A stretch of 64,000 bases of DNA from Patescibacteria group bacterium (GTDB lineage: Bacteria > Patescibacteriota > JAQUNI01), in contig JAQUNI010000001.1 of NCBI GenBank assembly GCA_028717685.1, positions 207,451 to 271,450 of the forward strand. The letters run 5' to 3'. The notes beneath the pieces were generated by a model, which did not search any database, had not been told where the DNA came from, and saw nothing but the letters and a program-made list of their open reading frames with translations. Within the stretch, counting starts at the first letter, position 1; each line of letters opens with the position of its first letter. Made by a program: the position numbers and the translations under genes. Shown here piece after piece: positions 10,025 through 17,812 of this stretch.

Positions 10025-11104
10025 TCACAAATACTTCTTCTGCCCATTCTTCTCCAATGTCTCCACAATCTTTTTTACATCCTGCGACCGATCCTTGGGA
10101 CAGATTAACAAAATATCTTCCGTGTCAATAACCACCATATCGCGCATACCGATAGTAGCCACTAATTTTTTAGCGGGCGCATAAATTAAACTGCCGTCCG
10201 TATCCAAACCAACGTGATGGCACTTGATGTAATTCTCGGCTTGGCCGTGCGTCAAAATTTCCTTGACCGCCTGCCATTGCCCCACATCAGACCAGCCAAA
10301 TTCAGCGGGAATGGTTAAAATATTTTTGGTTTTTTCCACAATGCCATAGTCCACGGAGATGGGCTTAATCTTGCTGTACTCTTGGTTTAAAACTTTTTTT
10401 TCTTCCTTTGTGCCAATGGCTTTCTGAATCTTCCTTAATTTTTTATAAGTGTCGGGAAGATATTTTTCAAAAAGCGCGACCAAGGACTTCGCTTTCCAAA
10501 AAAACATCCCCGAATTCCATAAATATTGGCCTGAAGCGATATAGCGTTGGGCGGTTTTTAAATCCGGTTTTTCCACAAAACGTTTCACATAATAAACAGC
10601 GTCCTTGCCTCGCTTTTTTAAAAGACGGCTGCGTTCAATATAGCCATAGCCGGTTTCAGGATAAGCCGGATTCATGCCCAAAATCACCGTGTATTCCGGC
10701 CTCTCCGCAACAATCTGTTCAGCCAATTTTGCCACCCGGCGGTATTCATCTTCATCCAGAATATAATGGTCAGAGTAGACGCAAGACATCACTGCCTCCG
10801 GATCCCGTTTTTCCAAAATCATTGCCGCGAGGCCTAGAGCTGCCGCTGTATCTTTGCGTTCCGGCTCCAAAGAAAAATTGGAAAGCGAAAGAGAAGGAAG
10901 TTGTTTTCTAATATCCTTAAAATTTTTCCGCCCCGTGGTAATGAGGATATGTTTTTTATCCACGGCTTTGGCTAGACGGGTGAAAGTTTTTTGTAAAAGC
11001 GTGCGGTTGCCAATAATGGCTTGGGATTGTTTGGGTTTAGCCTTGCGGCTTACAGGCCAAAGGCGCGTCCCCGTTCCGCCCGCCATAATCACGGCGTAGA
11101 ACAT
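10025..11104 (-). CDS. mannose-1-phosphate guanylyltransferase-like sugar nucleotidyltransferase
   Basis: Nucleotidyltransferase G-loop AVIMAGGTGTRLWP; the track ORF extends to 11152, but Met17 (MFYAVIMAGG) is the likelier start. Confidence 0.75.
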   Translation of the reverse strand: MFYAVIMAGGTGTRLWPVSRKAKPKQSQAIIGNRTLLQKTFTRLAKAVDKKHILITTGRKNFKDIRKQLPSLSLSNFSLEPERKDTAAALGLAAMILEKRDPEAVMSCVYSDHYILDEDEYRRVAKLAEQIVAERPEYTVILGMNPAYPETGYGYIERSRLLKKRGKDAVYYVKRFVEKPDLKTAQRYIASGQYLWNSGMFFWKAKSLVALFEKYLPDTYKKLRKIQKAIGTKEEKKVLNQEYSKIKPISVDYGIVEKTKNILTIPAEFGWSDVGQWQAVKEILTHGQAENYIKCHHVGLDTDGSLIYAPAKKLVATIGMRDMVVIDTEDILLICPKDRSQDVKKIVETLEKNGQKKYL

Positions 11105-11585
11105 AGAAATAAAGTTAAAAGGTAAAGTGCAAAGTGCAAAACTAAAGCGCAAAGTTCAAAATTATTTCCTTCCCTTAAGAGTTAGTAAGCTTGCTCCGAG
11201 TATTTTTGCTAGTTCCTCTACTTCTTTTAGAAGTAAACTAATTTCTTCCTTTGGGAATTTAGTCGCATCTCTTAGTAAACCTAACCAATACTTTGTTTCG
11301 TTTGCTGACTTTAAGGCAATTTCATAAAATCTAGTAAAATCCCTTTTAGAACTCGCAGCCTGGGCTTCTATAATGTTTGCTCCTACTGAAGTAGCTGATC
11401 TCAAAAGTTGATCTGCAATTATCCGAAAAATATTTTGGCTAGGTAATTTACTAACAAATTTAATAATCTGAATTGAAAAATAATATGCACGATATTTAAG
11501 TTGTTGTTTAACTTCCATAACTTTTACGCTTTAAGCTGTGGTTTTGCCTTTTGCACTTTGCCTTTTGCACTTTTACTAATGGCAC
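11105..11585. mobile_element. heptad-palindromic element carrying a four-helix-bundle protein gene (inverted GCAAAGT/ACTTTGC repeat arms flank the cargo ORF)
   Basis: Left arm aaggtaaagtgcaaagtgcaaaactaaagcgcaaagttcaaaa; right arm gccttttgcactttgccttttgcactttt; inserted between manC-like and pcm, overlapping the pcm stop by 11 nt. Confidence 0.5.
11162..11518 (-). CDS. four-helix-bundle protein (23S rRNA intervening-sequence protein family), intact 118-aa copy
   Basis: Family motifs ...LLRSATSVGANIIEAQAASSKRDFTRFYEIALKSANETKYWLGLL... Confidence 0.8.
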   Translation of the reverse strand: MEVKQQLKYRAYYFSIQIIKFVSKLPSQNIFRIIADQLLRSATSVGANIIEAQAASSKRDFTRFYEIALKSANETKYWLGLLRDATKFPKEEISLLLKEVEELAKILGASLLTLKGRK

Positions 11586-12203
11586 AAACGAAAACCCTGG
11601 CTCTTCGGTAATTTCAAAATCATCTTCACTTATCTTTTCCAATCGCGTCATTGTGCAAGCATAAGGCGAGCCCACGGGAATGACCATCACCCCGCCCACT
11701 TTTAACTGCGCTTTTAAAGCTTTAGGAATATTGACGGCCGCCGCCGCCACAATAATGCGGCCATAAGGTGCCGCTACCGGATGCCCCTTCCAACCATCGC
11801 CTAAAATAAATTGAACATTGCGGAGACCTAATGCTTTGACATTTTTCTCGCCAAACTCTTTTAATTCCGGAATTACTTCTAGGGCGTAAACTTTCCCTTT
11901 GGCGCCAACAATATGCGCGAGCAGCCCTGTCTGCCAGCCAGAGCCTGAACCCACATCCAAAATCTTATCTCCCCTTTTCGGAGCGAGCATCTCCAGCATA
12001 ATCGCGACGGTCAAGGGCTGGGAAATCGTCTGACCAAAACCAATGGGCAAAGGGGCGTTAATTTCCGACTGTTCGCGCAGATCCTCTGCGCTTCTACCCT
12101 CCCTGGGGATAAAACGAAAGCGAGGCACTCTTCTAAATGCCTCAATGATCCGCGGTGTGCGCAAATGCCCTTGACTGATTAGGGTCTCAATTAGAGCGGA
12201 CAT
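11508..12203 (-). CDS. pcm: protein-L-isoaspartate O-methyltransferase
   Basis: SAM-binding motif ILDVGSGSGWQT; PIMT signature TISQPLTVAIMLE. Confidence 0.9.
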   Translation of the reverse strand: MSALIETLISQGHLRTPRIIEAFRRVPRFRFIPREGRSAEDLREQSEINAPLPIGFGQTISQPLTVAIMLEMLAPKRGDKILDVGSGSGWQTGLLAHIVGAKGKVYALEVIPELKEFGEKNVKALGLRNVQFILGDGWKGHPVAAPYGRIIVAAAAVNIPKALKAQLKVGGVMVIPVGSPYACTMTRLEKISEDDFEITEEPGFSFVPLVKVQKAKCKRQNHSLKRKSYGS

Positions 12204-12500
12204 AATGATGTTTATAATCTATCACAAATTTCTTTCCGAATCAAGGGAAAGACCCCCTCTTGCCTCCCCCTTGGTAAGGGGGAGTGCCGCTCCCACCCCC
12301 TCTAGTGTCAGGTTCTTATAATGCGAGTTTCACTAATATAGGTCTGCATTCTGGCCTGCCGGCAGGCAGGCAGGCTCCATAATCCCCTCGCTTCGCTCGG
12401 GGATTATGGAGCTCCTTGACTTTTATCTTTGTATATTCTAAAATCAATGTGCCCTGAATATCCTTAGATCTTTACACTAATACTGAAAGGAGAGAAAAAT

Positions 12501-12827
12501 ATGTCTCAGGAAAAACCAAAGAGAAGGATTATGTCACAACTGGAATTGGAAGAGCTCACTGACCCAAAGATAGTTATGTCAGAAGAGGAACGAAAAAAGT
12601 ACACTGGCCTTCTATTTAAGTGCAAAAGAGTTCTCCGTGGTTTCGGCTGGCATTATCTGGAAGGTCCGAATGGCATTGGTAAAGATGGCACCTTGGCAAT
12701 ACTGCGGCTAATGTATACAAAGGGATTACCTGACCCACACAGTATACTACACACTATCCCTTCGTTCCTCTACACTCTAGAATATGTGATACAACTATTC
12801 AAGATGTATGAGGAAAAAATGGAATAA
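12501..12827 (+). CDS. hypothetical protein (108 aa)
   Basis: ORF with an upstream promoter-like TTGACT-17-TAAAAT (~12415-12445) and a downstream intrinsic terminator; no recognisable domain. Confidence 0.4.
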   Translation: MSQEKPKRRIMSQLELEELTDPKIVMSEEERKKYTGLLFKCKRVLRGFGWHYLEGPNGIGKDGTLAILRLMYTKGLPDPHSILHTIPSFLYTLEYVIQLFKMYEEKME

Positions 12828-12873
12828 GTGCTGCGGCATTAGATGTTAGTGATTTGACAAAACAAATGCCTTG

Positions 12874-12901
12874 ACCCACGGAATAAGCTGGGTCTTTTTT
12901 T
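12874..12901 (+). terminator. intrinsic terminator
   Basis: Hairpin GACCCACGGAATAAGCTGGGTC followed by TTTTTTT. Confidence 0.7.
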
Positions 12902-13222
12902 ATAATAAATACCTCCCACCCCCTCTTAATCAGAGGGTAAAAATCCTTGCTTTTTTTCTTTAGATATGATATAATATAACCATCAAGTACAAAGAGCTCG
13001 CCCCGTGTTTAAAGCGAGCTTTTCGGCTTTTTAGGGATGTCGTTCGAACGACATTCTAAAGACATCCTAAAGAACGGTGAGACCCGCCTCCGCTAAAGCT
13101 TCCCCCTTCGCTCACAAGCTTCGGGGGACAAGTCGGAGGGTGAGACCCGCCTGAAGCCGACTACGGCGAAGTAAATCAAAACAAAAAATATCCTGCTCCA
13201 AAATAAGGGTAGGACACATAAA

Positions 13223-14644
13223 ATGAATACCAAAACCATTCTCAAATGGTGCGTGCCGCGCAAGAACAATCAATACCAACCTTACGCTCTGCGTAAAAAG
13301 GCGCTTACCTTTTATGTCGCCGTGATTTTCATACTGAAGGCGAGCGTCGGTTTTTTGTTTTTCGCTTTTCCGGAAACCGCCTATCTCTCCCAAGTGAGCA
13401 TTAAAGAAATCGTAGACCTCGCGAACCAATCCCGCGCCGAGGTAGGCCTTGCTCCCCTTAAACTGAATGCCAAATTAAATATCTCGTCCGCGGGAAAAGC
13501 CGAAGATATGATGACGAAACAATACTTTGCCCATACCTCGCCCGAGGGCGTGGAGCCTTGGTATTGGTTTGAGAAAGCGGGCTATCCCTACACCTATGCG
13601 GGAGAAAATTTGGCTCTCGGTTTTGAAACAAGCGCGGGCGTGCATCAAGCCTGGATGAATTCTAAAGGTCATCGCGACAATATTATCAATCCTAATTACA
13701 AAGAGATTGGCGTCGCGATTATTTACGGCAGTTTTGAAGGCAATTTCACCACGATTATTGTTCAGCATTTCGGCTCTGTTGAATCCACAACTCCCCAAGA
13801 AGTCCCTGCCTATCCGCCTCCGAAAAAAGAAATACCCGCGCCGACCGCTCCGCCTCAAACTCCCGCTGGTGCCGACCGCACGGCTCCCGCTCCCCCGCGC
13901 ATTCTTACTCCCGCTCCCCGCTACCTGACGAATAATAAAGAAGTGACCATCACGGGACAAGCCGAAGCGGAAAGCACGGTTTTAATCTATGAAAAGAACG
14001 AAAAGATCGGCCAGACCAAAGCTACTAAAAAGAACCGCTTTAATTTTGCTTCCGCCTCTGATTTTTCCGATGGCGAACATTCTTTCCGCGCCATGGCGGT
14101 AGATAAAGCAGGAAACCGCAGCGCTTTCTCTAAAAGCGTGGCGGTGGTCATTGACACAACTCCGCCGGTGATTGATATGGAAAAATCATATATCCTGCCT
14201 ACTTATCTTAATCCGCTTAAAACCTTTGATGTCTTCGCTTATGTGACTGGCGAACCGGTGGAAGTCAAAGCCACTGCCGGTCAAAACGAGGTTATGCTCA
14301 AGGAAAAAGAGGCGCATCTCTATCGCGAAGTCATTAACCAATCCACTGGCGGGGTTTGGGTTCAAGCAAAAGATGCCGCCGGCAATATTACCAAAGCAAA
14401 ATTAAACTTTACCCAAAATGTCAGCAGTGAGCGCGACCTGCATCTGGTAGACTCCGACAATAGCTGGACGCTTTTCTTAAACACACTGGATCAAACTAGC
14501 CGCAATCTTATTATAGTCTTTAGCGCCGCGATTGCGATTCTTCTGCTTGTAAATATTCTTGTGCATATCAAAAAACAAAACAGTAAAACCATCAGCTCTG
14601 TCCTGCTGATTATCCTTATTAACGGTCTTCTCCTGGCGGTTTAA
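13223..14644 (+). CDS. secreted/membrane-anchored CAP (SCP/PR-1, YkwD-like) domain protein with Pro-rich linker, Ig-like region and C-terminal TM
   Basis: CAP motifs ...HTSPEGVEPWYWFEKAGY...GENLA...HQAWMNSKGHRDNIINPNYKEIGVAI...; PAYPPPKKEIPAPTAPP linker; C-terminal hydrophobic helix. Confidence 0.7.
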   Translation: MNTKTILKWCVPRKNNQYQPYALRKKALTFYVAVIFILKASVGFLFFAFPETAYLSQVSIKEIVDLANQSRAEVGLAPLKLNAKLNISSAGKAEDMMTKQYFAHTSPEGVEPWYWFEKAGYPYTYAGENLALGFETSAGVHQAWMNSKGHRDNIINPNYKEIGVAIIYGSFEGNFTTIIVQHFGSVESTTPQEVPAYPPPKKEIPAPTAPPQTPAGADRTAPAPPRILTPAPRYLTNNKEVTITGQAEAESTVLIYEKNEKIGQTKATKKNRFNFASASDFSDGEHSFRAMAVDKAGNRSAFSKSVAVVIDTTPPVIDMEKSYILPTYLNPLKTFDVFAYVTGEPVEVKATAGQNEVMLKEKEAHLYREVINQSTGGVWVQAKDAAGNITKAKLNFTQNVSSERDLHLVDSDNSWTLFLNTLDQTSRNLIIVFSAAIAILLLVNILVHIKKQNSKTISSVLLIILINGLLLAV

Positions 14645-14746
14645 TCTTGGTTATTCTTGGGGTTTTTAAAGTCGGAGCCTCAAAATAACAATAGTAAAAC
14701 CCGCCTTCGTCTAATAGACTTCGGCGAGGTAAAACAAAAACAAAAA

Positions 14747-14776
14747 AACACCCTTAAATAAGTAAGAGGGTGTTTT
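14747..14776 (+). terminator. intrinsic terminator (AACACCCT...AGGGTGTTTT family)
   Basis: Hairpin aacacccttaaataagtaagagggtgtttt; a near-identical hairpin lies at 19937..19965 after the last gene of the SipW locus. Confidence 0.6.
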
Positions 14777-14790
14777 AATTATTAAAAATA

Positions 14791-14820
14791 TTGACAGCAT
14801 GAAATAAAAAAGAATATAAT
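14791..14820 (+). promoter_or_regulatory. near-consensus sigma70-type promoter (TTGACA-18-TATAAT)
   Basis: ttgacagcatgaaataaaaaagaatataat; followed ~100 nt later by a terminator hairpin with no ORF between. Confidence 0.6.
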
Positions 14821-14826
14821 GGTAGC

Positions 14827-14925
14827 GGATAGGTAAATACCCCTCCCAAAAGAGTATGAGCTTATTCCAGCCTTCAGGGAGCCCTTGATTTTGAAGAAAG
14901 CTTCCGGAAGGCTTTTTATTATTTT
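14827..14925 (+). ncRNA. candidate ~100 nt small RNA (promoter-to-terminator unit, no ORF)
   Basis: Perfect promoter at 14791-14820; hairpin aaagcttccggaaggcttttt plus T-run at ~14897-14930; longest internal ORF 10 codons without an SD. Confidence 0.35.
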
Positions 14926-15092
14926 TTTAAAGAAACTGTGAACAACTTAAAACAAAAAACGCCTTTAAATAAACAAGAGAGTGTTTTAATAAAGCGAAAG
15001 GCGAAAAGTGTAAAACGTAAAACCGCAACTTAAAGCTCAAAGCTTTACACTTTGCGCTTTGCACTTTGCGCTTTCATCTGTGGATAACTTTT

Positions 15093-15121
15093 TGACTCCT
15101 TTAATCAAGATAGTATATAAT
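15093..15121 (+). promoter_or_regulatory. sigma70-type promoter (TTGACT-17-TATAAT) for the SipW-locus gene at 15437
   Basis: ttgactcctttaatcaagatagtatataat; leaves a ~300 nt leader containing several terminator-like hairpins. Confidence 0.55.
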
Positions 15122-15436
15122 GATATATCTTTCCTAGTTTAAGCCTCAAAAATAAAAAATAATGTTTCAGAAAGAGCAAGGAAACCGAGTCAAAAAAAAT
15201 CAATTCAGCTGGGGGCTCGTTTATATTTTATTGATAAAAAAACAACGCAGTCGAAAGTCCTTTTGTTAATTCAAGGGACTTTTTAAATAAAATAAGTTTG
15301 CTTTCTAGCCTCTTTGAAATCAAAGAGGTAAACAACAAAGACTTTAACAAGGAGGGATAAGTCTCCCCCTTTTTATTTTAAAGGGTAAAGGCAAGCTTAT
15401 TTCTTAAAAATTATTTATGAAAGGAGGTGTTAAAAA

Positions 15437-16657
15437 ATGAAAAAAATTATTCTAGGCTTAGTTGCTGGGGTCGCTATAGTCGGCGGCGTCGTGGCGATGT
15501 CCGCCTTTGAGGCGCATGTCGTCAATGTTACCGCCAAGATTGAGAACGCGTTGGATGTACCCATTACAGAACTCGATTTTGGTACAGTCTTCCCAGAAGA
15601 AGTGCTCAACAAAACCATGGCTGTGAACTTAAGCGAATCGTTTATGGAGCAAGCCCAATGCAGTACGACAAGCATTATTGAAAATGGCGGGTTTGAAATT
15701 CCAGAAGTTACAAACCCTGCCAAATGGGAGACATTTCCTGTAGTCCCTGGTTGGAATATTACATGGGTAAATCCTGGAGATGCCCCTGCTCCTGCTTTGA
15801 TTGAATACCAGGCAGGTGTTAATGGTTGGAATTCTCATGAGGGTAATCAATGGACAGAGCTTGCCTCTGATTGGGGTCAAGCGCCAAACAGCTTGCCCAA
15901 TGACGCGCGGGTAATCATTTCCCAAGAAATATCAACCACAGTCGGCGCGAAATACACATTAACCTATTGGTATTCGGGCCGTCCGGGCCAGTCAAGCGCT
16001 GATAATATGATGGATGTAAGAGTAAATGGCATAACTAAACCATACGCAGAAAACAATCCCGGAGCCAATACGAATTGGAAAGAAGACAGCATTGAATTTG
16101 TCGCAACTGCCAGCACAACCAAAATTGAATTTCAAGGAACTGGAGCAAACCATACCTACGGAATGTTCCTAGACGATGTCAGCTTGGTTGAATGCGGTCG
16201 GGTCAGTACGGTTGATTACGTCTTGCGCCAGAAGCCCAAGTGTGTTGACGACAATAATTCTTCTATTCATCCCCAAGTCACTCATAACACAAATGGCGAT
16301 TTTGCTTGCCCTGAAGGTTCAACGATGATGCCCTTGCTCTGTCCTTATCTCTCTAAATCAGAAACAACGAATGATGGCGGCGAAGGGCAAAATAATGATG
16401 GTGTCGCGATTGCGGCCTTCCATGGCCCACTGACTGGATGGACAATGAAAAACACAGAAGACTGGCAAACTGGCGGCACATTATCCGCGGCGATCGGAGA
16501 CATTATGGATGAATGGTTAATTGATCTCCATGCCCCCTGCTTTAAAGGTATGTGCGCCCAAGACAATAAGATTGACCCAGAGTACCAAGCCGATCCAGCA
16601 CTTGAACACGCAGTCTTTGGCTGTGATCTCTGGCTGGAAGTGACAGGTATTGATTAA
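15437..16657 (+). CDS. secreted protein, candidate SipW-cognate substrate: signal peptide, conserved N-terminal strand (FEAHVVNVTAKIEN), TasA-like 'LDFG' segment, jelly-roll lectin-like (DUF642/choice-of-anchor-like) domain, C-terminal WLIDL...GCD motif
   Basis: Signal peptide MKKIILGLVAGVAIVGGVVAMSA; ENGGFE...W..F..VPGW jelly-roll pattern; C-terminus EWLIDLHAPCFKGMCAQD...GCDLWLEV shared with 19112..19906. Confidence 0.6.
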   Translation: MKKIILGLVAGVAIVGGVVAMSAFEAHVVNVTAKIENALDVPITELDFGTVFPEEVLNKTMAVNLSESFMEQAQCSTTSIIENGGFEIPEVTNPAKWETFPVVPGWNITWVNPGDAPAPALIEYQAGVNGWNSHEGNQWTELASDWGQAPNSLPNDARVIISQEISTTVGAKYTLTYWYSGRPGQSSADNMMDVRVNGITKPYAENNPGANTNWKEDSIEFVATASTTKIEFQGTGANHTYGMFLDDVSLVECGRVSTVDYVLRQKPKCVDDNNSSIHPQVTHNTNGDFACPEGSTMMPLLCPYLSKSETTNDGGEGQNNDGVAIAAFHGPLTGWTMKNTEDWQTGGTLSAAIGDIMDEWLIDLHAPCFKGMCAQDNKIDPEYQADPALEHAVFGCDLWLEVTGID

Positions 16658-16863
16658 GCTAATATAGCCAATTAACTAACACAGGTACAACCTTTAATTC
16701 CCTTTAGACAACTTTCATTGTTGATCGTTTCCCCTCTGCTCCTGCGCAAGGCGGACGGAGGGGAGGGATTAGTAATGAAATCATTAAAAAAATTATGCTT
16801 GAAAATAATTCGGAGGAAGAAAAGAACCCCGAAAACGAAGCGGAAAATCCAGTCCAAAAGTTA

Positions 16864-17307
16864 ATGTCCGAAAAGAAGGCAGAAAAGCCCAAAAGAAAAA
16901 TAAAGGTCGGGCGCATTATTGGCTATGTAATCATTGCAATTATCGCGGTCTTTATTGTTGTCCAGCTTTTGAGCGCTTCCTATTATAAGATGACTGTCAA
17001 TGTCGTGGAGGGTGAAAATGTGGTCGGGGTCAATCCCACGGCGGAAAAATTGGATTTTGGCGATCTTTCCCGCGGCAGTAGTATGACCCGCTACGTAACT
17101 TTAAAAAGTGCGGGAAAATCCCCAAGTTACATTATAGTCTGGAAATTTGGCGGCGTTGCCTCGCTCGTTAAGGTGGAAAAAAACTACTTTACACTTAATT
17201 CCAGTGAAGAGGTAAAAATTACTTTTTCTCTTACCATTCCTCCTTCCGCCCAAATCAAACACTATAACGGTCAAGTGATTATTTTCAAACTACCCAAGAT
17301 TTTCTAA
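16864..17307 (+). CDS. small secreted/membrane-anchored protein, candidate SipW-cognate (K-rich n-region, TM, 'YYKMTVNVVEGEN' strand, 'KLDFGDLSRG' segment)
   Basis: The track ORF starts at 16795; Met24 (MSEKKAEKPKRKIKVGRIIGYVII...) fits a signal-peptide n/h region better; start uncertain (see findings). Confidence 0.45.
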   Translation: MSEKKAEKPKRKIKVGRIIGYVIIAIIAVFIVVQLLSASYYKMTVNVVEGENVVGVNPTAEKLDFGDLSRGSSMTRYVTLKSAGKSPSYIIVWKFGGVASLVKVEKNYFTLNSSEEVKITFSLTIPPSAQIKHYNGQVIIFKLPKIF

Positions 17308-17313
17308 GTAAGT

Positions 17314-17805
17314 ATGAAAAAGATTTTGCAATATTTTCAAAAGCGTAAGGAAGAAAAATGCACACAAGCGGAAGAATTAAGTAAGAGGCAAAAAATTTTC
17401 CGGAAAGCTATCGGTTATCTATTTTATGTTGGGATTTTAATTGGACTCTTCTACGGTACACCCAAAATTCTATCCTATCTTCTAAATACTAAATATCCCT
17501 TTGCGTCAATTACATCGGGGTCAATGTGGCCAGTCTTAAAGAAGGGAGATCTCGCCTTAATCTGCGGCGTAGAACCCTCTGAAATCAAAACGAATGATGT
17601 TGTGGTTTTCCCTAATGAAAATGGCGCTTTAGCAATCCATCGGGTGATTAAAATAAATGGCGATAAAATTATTACCAAAGGCGACGCCAACACTAAAGAA
17701 GATAAACCTATTAACCGCTCCGACATCTTGGGTCGACTTTGCACAGTGGGTTCCCTTGAGGCAAAAATCCCAAAAATCGGATTAATCGCTCCACTTTTTC
17801 ACTAA
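17314..17805 (+). CDS. signal peptidase I, Sec11/SipW type (family S26B)
   Basis: N-terminal TM; Ser box SGSMWPVL (compare the SGSMEP box of Sec11/SipW-type S26B peptidases); KGDAN...D box; size ~160 aa typical of SipW. Confidence 0.7.
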   Translation: MKKILQYFQKRKEEKCTQAEELSKRQKIFRKAIGYLFYVGILIGLFYGTPKILSYLLNTKYPFASITSGSMWPVLKKGDLALICGVEPSEIKTNDVVVFPNENGALAIHRVIKINGDKIITKGDANTKEDKPINRSDILGRLCTVGSLEAKIPKIGLIAPLFH

Positions 17806-17812
17806 ATTATTT

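Noticed and set aside
14827-14925. SRP (4.5S) RNA identity for the candidate sRNA
   Set aside because: Apex CCGGAAGG resembles the helix-8 GGAA tetraloop, but the flanking conserved AGCAGC / AGG..CAGG symmetric-loop sequences are absent.
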